42,600 bases of DNA from Blastocatellia bacterium (lineage in GTDB: Bacteria; Acidobacteriota; Blastocatellia; RBC074), in contig JANNND010000007.1 in assembly GCA_031398365.1 (NCBI GenBank), positions 1-42,600 of the forward strand, written 5' to 3'. Both the position numbers and the translations under genes were made by a program. Shown in pieces: positions 35,340 through 42,600 of the stretch. Below the pieces are notes generated by a model. The model saw only the letters and a list, made by a program, of their open reading frames with translations, made no database searches and was not told where the DNA came from. How positions within the stretch are numbered: position 1 is the stretch's first letter; the number at the start of each line of letters is the position of its first letter.

Positions 35340-37559
35340 ATGAGTCGTTTGGTCAAACGTGGGCTGGTTATCGTTGGAATTTTATGCGCCGCTGCTATTG
35401 CTTTCGTGCCTCTCAAACAAGGATTTGTGAGTGCGGCGACGCCAACCTTTAGCAAAGAGGTTGCGCGCATTCTGCAAAATAAATGCCAATCCTGTCACCA
35501 TCCCGGCGACATCGCGCCCTTTTCGTTGCAGACCTACAACGATATCAAACGCGTGAGCGGTGCCATCAAAGACGCAGTGGTGGCGAAACGCATGCCGCCC
35601 TGGAAACCGCTGTCCGGCTGCGGCAACTTCAAAGATGTGCGGCAGTTGACCGAGGCTGAAATTGCCACGATTTCCCAGTGGGTGGATGGTGGCGCGCCTG
35701 AAGGCGACCCGGCAGATTTACCGACTCCCCTGAAGTTTTCCGATGGCTGGGCGCTGGGCGAACCGGACTTGATTATTCAACCTGACGAAGAATACACACC
35801 GCCCAAAGACAAAGACATGTATCGCTGCTTCACCGTGCCGACCAGTCTGCGCGGAGATCGTTCGATTCAGGCAATTGACGTGCGCGCCGGTAATCGCAAA
35901 CTGGTGCATCACGTCATCGCCTACACCGATCCCGACAATGCGTCGAAGGCGCTGGATGATAATGACCCCGGCCCTGGCTACACGTCCTTTGGCGGCCCGG
36001 GATTTACGAATTACGGAATGCTCGGTGGTTGGGCACCGGGCGCGCGCCCGTTCTTTAACCCCGATGGTATTGGCGCGAAGTTAGCGAAGAATGCGCGCGT
36101 CGTCTTTCAAGTGCATTACCATCCGTGCCAGACTTCAACCTGTGGACAAGGCAGCCCGAAAGAAGAATCTGACCGCACGCAGATTGGGATTTATTTTGCC
36201 AAAGCACCCGTGACGAAAACACTGCAATATTTGCCGCTGGTCAATACCTCGTTTGCGATTCCGGCGGGCAATGACAATTATCGTGTGACGGCTTCGTTTA
36301 CAACGCCACTCGGCGCGAAGATCATCAATATGACCCCGCACATGCATTTGCTCGGCAAAAATATCAAAGTCGAATTGACGACTCCCGGCAAAACCACGCC
36401 CGATTGTCTGGTCAACATTGACCAGTGGGATTTCCGCTGGCAAGGCACGTACACGTATCAAGACCCGGTCACGCTTCCGGCGGGCGGGCGGTTGAATTTG
36501 ACGACCTTCTTTGATAACTCCGCCGCGAATCCCAACAATCCCAACAGCCCGCCGAAGATCGTGCGCTGGGGCGAAGAAACGACCGATGAAATGGCGCTCG
36601 CGTTCATCGGCTTCACACTGGATGCGGAAACGCTGTCAGTCTCCACGCCGCGTCTGGATGAAGTGAGTGTGGATCAGAGCGGCAATCTGGTCACCCGCGG
36701 CGCAAATTTGTTGCCCGGCGCAGACATCGAAATCAACGGCAAGCGGCTACGCGATACCAGCGAAAAAAGCGCGAGCGAGCTCACTTCAACCGAGATGTGG
36801 AAAGTGTATGCCGCGCCCGGCAGCGCCGTGAACGTCGCGATCATCAATCCTGACGGCGCTCGTACCGCGAACTTAAGTTTCACTCGACCCGGCACACCCC
36901 TGGCCTCAAAAGCCGTAAATGCCGCCAGCTACAATCCTGATGCCCCGGTTACGCCAGAGAGCATTGTGTCGCTGTTCGGCGCGAATATGGCCACGACAAC
37001 CGAAGGTGCCAAAGGCCCGACCTTACCCACAACGTTGGCCGGTTCGTCTGTGCGCGTGAATGGTGTGTTGACTCCGCTGTTTTTTGTCTCGAAAGAGCAA
37101 ATCAACTTCCTGTTGCCGTCCGCTACGCAACCCGGCACTGCGATTGTCGAAGTAACTTCGGCAGATGGTGCGATCACGCGTTGCGATTTGCCGATCAGTT
37201 CGACTGCGCCAGCGATTTTCACCGAAAACCAACAGGGAACCGAAGCGCCCGCCGCCGATGCCACGCCGGACGGGAAAACAAACTATCGGGTCGGCAATCC
37301 TGATGGCTCCACGAACCCTGTGCTGGTGGGACACTTCCTGCAAATCTATGGCACGGGTTTTCGTGCTGCTTCGTTTGATACGGTCAAAGTCACGCTCGGC
37401 GGCAAAGATGTACCGGTGTTGTATGCCGGAAAACAACCGCAGTTTGTGGGCTTGGATCAATTGAATGTGCAAGTCCCACAGGGCTTGGTCGGCGTCGTGG
37501 ATTTGGTGTTCACCGCCGATGGGCGCGTCGCCAACAAAGTCAAAATCCGAGTGCAATAA
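35340..37559 (+). CDS. Exported cytochrome c + copper type II ascorbate-dependent monooxygenase + acidobacterial TIGR03437-like C-terminal domain
   Basis: CQSCH heme motif and MPPW; Cu ligands VHHV, HYH, HMH, DEM; C-terminal VNAASY...SIVSLFG...LFFVS.EQINF...GLDQLNV. Confidence 0.82.
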   Translation: MSRLVKRGLVIVGILCAAAIAFVPLKQGFVSAATPTFSKEVARILQNKCQSCHHPGDIAPFSLQTYNDIKRVSGAIKDAVVAKRMPPWKPLSGCGNFKDVRQLTEAEIATISQWVDGGAPEGDPADLPTPLKFSDGWALGEPDLIIQPDEEYTPPKDKDMYRCFTVPTSLRGDRSIQAIDVRAGNRKLVHHVIAYTDPDNASKALDDNDPGPGYTSFGGPGFTNYGMLGGWAPGARPFFNPDGIGAKLAKNARVVFQVHYHPCQTSTCGQGSPKEESDRTQIGIYFAKAPVTKTLQYLPLVNTSFAIPAGNDNYRVTASFTTPLGAKIINMTPHMHLLGKNIKVELTTPGKTTPDCLVNIDQWDFRWQGTYTYQDPVTLPAGGRLNLTTFFDNSAANPNNPNSPPKIVRWGEETTDEMALAFIGFTLDAETLSVSTPRLDEVSVDQSGNLVTRGANLLPGADIEINGKRLRDTSEKSASELTSTEMWKVYAAPGSAVNVAIINPDGARTANLSFTRPGTPLASKAVNAASYNPDAPVTPESIVSLFGANMATTTEGAKGPTLPTTLAGSSVRVNGVLTPLFFVSKEQINFLLPSATQPGTAIVEVTSADGAITRCDLPISSTAPAIFTENQQGTEAPAADATPDGKTNYRVGNPDGSTNPVLVGHFLQIYGTGFRAASFDTVKVTLGGKDVPVLYAGKQPQFVGLDQLNVQVPQGLVGVVDLVFTADGRVANKVKIRVQ

Positions 37560-38449
37560 TGTCATCCAGTATTGCCGAAGTTGCCGTGCATAAAATCAAT
37601 GGCGCGCATCCGTTCACGCTCGAACAGGATGCGCTCGCTGTTGAGGAACCGTTGGAAATACGGCTTGGCTACGAAGCAGAGGGGCAGCGCCTTACGCAAA
37701 GCATTTCGATTACGATGCGTACACCGGGTCACGATTTTGATTTGGCTGCCGGGTTTTTATTTACCGAAGGCATTGTGCAAAGTGCCGAGCAAATCCGCCA
37801 CATTCAGCATTGTGGCGGGATGAGCGGCGGACAGGGCAACGTCGTCAAAGTCGAATTGGCGTCCGGCGTCGCTATTGATTTGGGGCGGTTGCAGCGGCAT
37901 TTCTATACCAGTTCAAGTTGTGGGGTGTGCGGCAAAACTTCGATTGAAGCTTTGCAGGTGACAGGTTGCCAAGCGCTTCCAAGCAGCGAATTGCAGTTCG
38001 CCGCCCCCACGATTCACACTTTGCCTGAGAAACTCCGCGCGGCTCAATCCGTCTTTGACAGCACGGGCGGATTACACGCCGCAGCCTTATTTCACGCGGC
38101 TGGCGACCTTGTTGCCCTGCGCGAAGATGTAGGACGGCACAATGCCGTAGACAAGCTCATCGGTGCACAATTTCGTGCGGGCCACACGCCCTTATCTGAC
38201 TCCCTGCTGCTGGTCAGTGGGCGCGCGAGTTTCGAATTGGTACAAAAAGCTTTGGTCGGTGGCATCCCTATTTTGGCTGCTGTAGGCGCGCCGTCGAGTC
38301 TGGCGGTGGAACTGGCCCACAACTTTGGGATGACCCTGATTGGCTTTGTGCGAGACGAAAGATTTAATATTTACTGCGGCGCGGAACGCGTCATTGGTAC
38401 AGTACCCGGAAGCCGTAGCGACGGGATAAGCACTCACTATGAAACTTAG
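37559..38449 (+). CDS. fdhD: Formate dehydrogenase accessory sulfurtransferase
   Basis: VEEPLEI, MRTPG, SSCGVCG, TGGLHAAA, EDVGRHNAVDK, SGRASFELVQK, GAPSSLA. Confidence 0.96.
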   Translation: MSSSIAEVAVHKINGAHPFTLEQDALAVEEPLEIRLGYEAEGQRLTQSISITMRTPGHDFDLAAGFLFTEGIVQSAEQIRHIQHCGGMSGGQGNVVKVELASGVAIDLGRLQRHFYTSSSCGVCGKTSIEALQVTGCQALPSSELQFAAPTIHTLPEKLRAAQSVFDSTGGLHAAALFHAAGDLVALREDVGRHNAVDKLIGAQFRAGHTPLSDSLLLVSGRASFELVQKALVGGIPILAAVGAPSSLAVELAHNFGMTLIGFVRDERFNIYCGAERVIGTVPGSRSDGISTHYET

Positions 38450-38816
38450 AATCAAAGGCAACGTCGTTCGCTTACGCCTGACCCGCAGCGAAGTAAATAC
38501 TGTGGGCGAAGGCGGACGCGTCCAGGAAATTACCCTCTTTGGCCCACAAGCCCAATTCTGCTACGCGCTCGAAGCCGTAGACACCGCGCAACTCGACGCC
38601 GAATACACCAACAACACAATGACCGTGCGCGTCCCCCGGGCAATGGCGCACGATTGGGCGACAACGGAATTGGTCGGCCTCAGCACGGAACAGAAAATTG
38701 CCGAAAACGTCAGCCTGCAACTCATCATCGAAAAAGACTTCGCCTGCCTGAATCCGCGCGGCGAAGAAGACGCCGACACATTCGAGCATCCACAAACCGG
38801 GCAGGCGATGTGCTGA
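38439..38816 (+). CDS. Conserved hypothetical protein (DUF7009-like)
   Basis: MKLRIKGNVVRLRL...IEKDFACL...DTF pattern, commonly found beside fdhD/ydeP. Confidence 0.7.
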   Translation: MKLRIKGNVVRLRLTRSEVNTVGEGGRVQEITLFGPQAQFCYALEAVDTAQLDAEYTNNTMTVRVPRAMAHDWATTELVGLSTEQKIAENVSLQLIIEKDFACLNPRGEEDADTFEHPQTGQAMC

Positions 38817-38832
38817 ATCGTCAAGGAGTCAA

Positions 38833-40227
38833 ATGACGGAAGATATTCTAAAGAAAATCTACAATGCCTGTGATCCGTATGTACCCGCTTCGGCTGAGTA
38901 TTATTACGATTGTTCCGAAGCGCGCGGCGAAACGGCGCTCGGGCAACCTATCCAACGTCATTTAGCAATGGCGGATGATTACACCTGTTTTTTGCTTTCG
39001 GGTCACATCGGTTGCGGCAAATCATCAGAGTTGGCCAAATTATCCAGAATTTTGACCGCAGCGCGTCAGCCCCATGACTGCTACTTTCCTGTGCTGATTG
39101 ACGTCAGCGAATATCTTGATGATTATGATGTTTCCTTGGCGGACATTTTATTAGCCATCGTTACTGAATTAGCCGATGCCTTGCGCACCAGACTGGGTGT
39201 TGAATTGCGCGACAATTACTTCACTAAACGGCTCAATGAGATCAAAGGTCTTATCTCGAGCGATGTAGAGATGGAGCAAGGCGAAATCTCGTTAGGTTTT
39301 GCGAAAGCCAAAGTGCAACGCCTCAAGAAAGACCCGACTGCGCGCCAAAAAGTGCGTGCCTTGTTGGAGCCGAAGATGAGTACGATGTTGGAGGAGATCA
39401 ACTTGGTCTTTGATGAAGCTCGCTTGGCGATCAGAAAACATCGTTTGGGCGGTGCGCCGCCACCTTGCAGCGATTTGGTTATTATCCTCGACAACCTGGA
39501 AAAGATTCGCAAACTCGGCACCGAAGAAGAAGGGCTGAAATCACAGCGCGAATTGTTTCTGGAACGCTACACGCAACTGACCGGCATGCGCGCGCATTTC
39601 ATTTACACCGTGCCTCTGCGCTTGGTTCGCTCTGCCGACGGGCCGCAGTTACAACAACGCTACGGCGAAGTGTTTGTGTTGCCGATGATCAAAGTCATCG
39701 AACGTGCCACACGCCATCCCTATCAATCCGGCATCGAATCCATGCGTGCGATTTTGCAAAAGCGGCTGGGCGAAGTGAAATTGGAAGAAGCTTTCGCCCC
39801 AGAGGTCCTCAACTTTCTGCTCACCTACAGCGGTGGTCACGTGCGCAACCTGATGATCTTTGTGCAGAATGCTTGCACCTACACGGACACGATCCCGATT
39901 CCTTTGAGTGCCGTACAAGAAGCCATCAAGCGAAGTATCCGTTCGTACAGTACAGCGATTCCAGAATCACACTGGGCGAAGCTCGCGCAACTTGATCTTT
40001 CCTCCGATCAGCACATTCCGAATGGGGACGACGATTACTTGAAGATGCTCGAAAATCTCAGCATTATGGAATACGTCAACGGCAGCGATGAAGATCAACT
40101 TGCCGACGCCGAACCTTGGTATGCCGTGAATCCCATCGTCCGCGAATTGAAGAAATTCAAAGAAACCGTTGGGACAACAAGGCTGCCCGTCGAAGCAATA
40201 AGGCTCCCGCAAAATGAACGCGAATGA
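38833..40227 (+). CDS. P-loop NTPase (AAA+/KAP-like), uncharacterised
   Basis: Walker A GHIGCGKS, Walker B LVIILDNLEK, SGGHVRNL, C-terminal WYAVNPIV; AGGAG RBS. Confidence 0.85.
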   Translation: MTEDILKKIYNACDPYVPASAEYYYDCSEARGETALGQPIQRHLAMADDYTCFLLSGHIGCGKSSELAKLSRILTAARQPHDCYFPVLIDVSEYLDDYDVSLADILLAIVTELADALRTRLGVELRDNYFTKRLNEIKGLISSDVEMEQGEISLGFAKAKVQRLKKDPTARQKVRALLEPKMSTMLEEINLVFDEARLAIRKHRLGGAPPPCSDLVIILDNLEKIRKLGTEEEGLKSQRELFLERYTQLTGMRAHFIYTVPLRLVRSADGPQLQQRYGEVFVLPMIKVIERATRHPYQSGIESMRAILQKRLGEVKLEEAFAPEVLNFLLTYSGGHVRNLMIFVQNACTYTDTIPIPLSAVQEAIKRSIRSYSTAIPESHWAKLAQLDLSSDQHIPNGDDDYLKMLENLSIMEYVNGSDEDQLADAEPWYAVNPIVRELKKFKETVGTTRLPVEAIRLPQNERE

Positions 40228-41716
40228 GACAGCATTACTTGATCCGTTCGAGATCAGCACGCCAGATGAAGCGACCGAACTGTCCGCCTTAACGCGCGCA
40301 TTGGAGTTGGCAGAGAGCTTTCGATTGCTCTTCGTGAGCTGCAATCAAATTCCGCAACGTGAACGGCTGATGGCAGAAGTCCGCACCCGCCTGCCCCACC
40401 TAACGCTCCAAACCATCTTTTTCCGCGAACCAATTCAGCATTTGCTGGATGCAATTCAGGAACAGTTGACGACGCCTTTGCCGGATGCCGTATTCATTTC
40501 CGGCTTGGAATTTTCTTTGCCTATTGCCGCTGACGCACCCGCTGCTCCCTTGATCGCGAATCTTAATGCGTCGCGCAATTCCTTCGCGCAAACGCTACCT
40601 TGTCCGGTGGTGTTGTGGGTGCCTGAATATGTATTGACGGCGATTATGCAAGGTGCGCCGGATTTCTTTTCGATTCGGTCGGGTGTCTATTTTTTTGCTG
40701 CAAAGCCTAGTGAAATGACTGAACTTGCACGCTCTCTTTTAGGTAGAGGCTACAGTGAAGTTGCTAATCTTTCATTAGCTGAAAAGCACAACCGCATTGC
40801 TGCACTTGAACTTTTATTATCGGATTACAAATCGCTTCCTGAAAATCAGCGCGATTACAAAACCGAGATGAGATTGAATTTTCAATTAGGTGATTTGTTC
40901 TCACTTCTTCGCGCTTATGATAAAGCGATGACGCATTATCAAAGATCATTACAGTTATCTCAACGGCTGGGGTATCGTGCAGAGATGGCGAATTTACTCG
41001 TTCGCATTGGGATAACTCATCAGGATCGCGGCGAGTATGAGGTGGCTTTGGAACAATATAAACAGGCGTTGGCAACTTTTGAGGAATTGGGGAATCGCAC
41101 GGGCATATCAAATTCGCTACATAACATTGGGATAATTCATCAAGATCGCGGCGATTTCGATGCTGCCATGAAGAACTATCAACGGGCATTAGCGATTGCG
41201 GAGGAACTAAGCGATCATGCGGGCGTGGCGAGTTCGCTCTATCAGATAGGAAGGATTTATCAAGGGCGTGGTGAGTATGAAGCTGCGTTGGAATATTTTC
41301 AGCGGTCACTAGCGATTGAAAAGAAGCTGGATGACCGTGCTGGAGTCGCGAGTTCGCTACATCAGATTGGAACAATCTATCAACTCTGCGGTGAGTACGA
41401 ACAGGCTTGGCAGCAGTATCAGCATTCGTTGGAGATTGCTAAAACACTAGGTGATCGCTTAGGTGTGGCAAGCTCACTACACCAGATAGGAATACTTTTC
41501 ACTGAGACCGGGCGGTACTCAGAAGCCTTTCCGCTATTACTGAATGCGCTGAGAACACTCCTTGAATTGCAATCGCCGAGTGCAAGTAATGCTGGAAATA
41601 TGCTTAAAGAACTCCGCGCGAAATGGGGTAAAAAGGATTTCGATAATGCTTGGCGTGCCTCAACGAATGAAGAGGTTGCGAGATGGTTGTTGCGAGATGA
41701 AGGAGTGGAGATATGA
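40214..41716 (+). CDS. TPR-repeat protein with N-terminal inactive-NTPase-like domain
   Basis: LNASRNSF...PCPVVLWVP...APDFFSIRSG domain, then about six 40-aa TPRs (ASSLHQIG) visible as 120-bp DNA repeats near 41110, 41230, 41350 and 41470. Confidence 0.85.
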   Translation: MNANETALLDPFEISTPDEATELSALTRALELAESFRLLFVSCNQIPQRERLMAEVRTRLPHLTLQTIFFREPIQHLLDAIQEQLTTPLPDAVFISGLEFSLPIAADAPAAPLIANLNASRNSFAQTLPCPVVLWVPEYVLTAIMQGAPDFFSIRSGVYFFAAKPSEMTELARSLLGRGYSEVANLSLAEKHNRIAALELLLSDYKSLPENQRDYKTEMRLNFQLGDLFSLLRAYDKAMTHYQRSLQLSQRLGYRAEMANLLVRIGITHQDRGEYEVALEQYKQALATFEELGNRTGISNSLHNIGIIHQDRGDFDAAMKNYQRALAIAEELSDHAGVASSLYQIGRIYQGRGEYEAALEYFQRSLAIEKKLDDRAGVASSLHQIGTIYQLCGEYEQAWQQYQHSLEIAKTLGDRLGVASSLHQIGILFTETGRYSEAFPLLLNALRTLLELQSPSASNAGNMLKELRAKWGKKDFDNAWRASTNEEVARWLLRDEGVEI

Positions 41717-42600
41717 AAAGCGCCCCATTGTCAGAGCCAAATGCGCAACCGCCTGAAAAACTCACTGGCCTTGAGCTCAACCCGCCAAGCGAATCGGCGG
41801 GTGGCGTCCCTGCTGTCATCTCCTCCCTCAAACATGCCTTCACTGAAATGGGCGTAGTGCGCAGCCTTACGACGCTCAATCAAATGAATCAAAAAGGCGG
41901 CTTCGATTGCATGAGTTGTGCGTGGCCTGATCCTGACGGCGAGCGTTCGCACATTGCGGAATACTGCGAAAATGGGGCGAAAGCGGTGGCAGATGAAGCG
42001 ACGACAAAGAAAGTCACGCCGGAATTTTTTGCGCAGCACAGTGTTGCCGAACTCTCAAACCAATCGGATTTCTGGCTCAACAAACAAGGCCGCTTGACGC
42101 ATCCGATGCTGCTGAAAAAAGGCGCGACACATTACGAAGCGATGGCTTGGGACGATGCGTTTGCGTTGCTTGCGGCAGAACTCAACGCGCTCGCTTCGCC
42201 GCACGAAGCGCTGTTTTACACGTCGGGTCGCACCAGCAACGAAGCGGCGTTTTTGTATCAGTTGTTCGTTCGCATGTTTGGCACGAACAATTTGCCCGAT
42301 TGCTCGAATATGTGCCACGAATCCAGCGGCACGGCGCTCGGCGAAACGATTGGCATTGGCAAAGGCACAGTCACGCTGGAAGATTTTGAGAAGGCTGAAG
42401 CGATCATTGTGATTGGGCAAAACCCCGGCACGAATCATCCGCGCATGCTGACGGCGTTGCAGCAAGCCAAACGCAAGGGCGCGAAAATCATTTCGATCAA
42501 TCCGCTGCCCGAAGTCGGGCTGATGCGCTTCAAACATCCACAGGAACTTTCGGGAATTGTCGGGAAGGGAACTGCGCTCACCGATGTGTTTTTGCAGGTG
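41713..42600 (+). CDS. FdhF/YdeP family molybdopterin oxidoreductase, 5' part (runs off window)
   Basis: Translated by hand from ATG 41713: NQKGGFDCMSCAWPDP, CENGAKA, YTSGRTSNEAAF, NNLPDCSNMCHESSG, GQNPGTNHPRML. Confidence 0.92.
   Translation, partial: MKSAPLSEPNAQPPEKLTGLELNPPSESAGGVPAVISSLKHAFTEMGVVRSLTTLNQMNQKGGFDCMSCAWPDPDGERSHIAEYCENGAKAVADEATTKKVTPEFFAQHSVAELSNQSDFWLNKQGRLTHPMLLKKGATHYEAMAWDDAFALLAAELNALASPHEALFYTSGRTSNEAAFLYQLFVRMFGTNNLPDCSNMCHESSGTALGETIGIGKGTVTLEDFEKAEAIIVIGQNPGTNHPRMLTALQQAKRKGAKIISINPLPEVGLMRFKHPQELSGIVGKGTALTDVFLQV

Noticed and set aside
41040-41500. 120-bp periodic repeats as a CRISPR array
   Set aside because: They are in-frame degenerate TPR-coding repeats; no identical repeats with unique spacers and no cas genes

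Overview
This 42.6 kb window looks like bacterial chromosome from Acidobacteriota, probably Blastocatellia. That assignment is inferred from the gene content: Oar-like TonB receptors, a TIGR03437-like C-terminal domain, zinc-ribbon membrane proteins and a long LptC/LptA protein. Genes in order: alpha-2-macroglobulin, L-lactate permease, GT2 glycosyltransferase, a DUF4388 protein, two convergent zinc-ribbon proteins, a TonB-dependent receptor with a sigma54-type promoter, two TPR paralogues, and an M15 D,D-carboxypeptidase plus L,D-transpeptidase. Next come the minus-strand lptC/A-lptB-rpoN-hpf-rapZ-EIIA-HPr-ptsI cluster, tRNA-His, a UPF0175/DUF3368 toxin-antitoxin module, an HD protein, a second TonB receptor and a copper monooxygenase. 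The window ends with an fdhD...ydeP-like operon interrupted by a P-loop ATPase + TPR pair. The most striking unexplained signal is two diverged, co-linear copies of a structured non-coding element (about 150-560 and 6630-6925) on either side of the macroglobulin gene. They share conserved blocks, variable spacers and a closing stem with compensatory changes, so they are a candidate new ncRNA family. Also notable: HPr Ser46 is replaced by His with no hprK in the cluster, RapZ has a degenerate Walker A, the lptC/A gene has an in-frame stop, and the TA module sits between two copies of the HD-gene 3' end. All calls come from reading motifs by eye; no database searches or folding programs were run.
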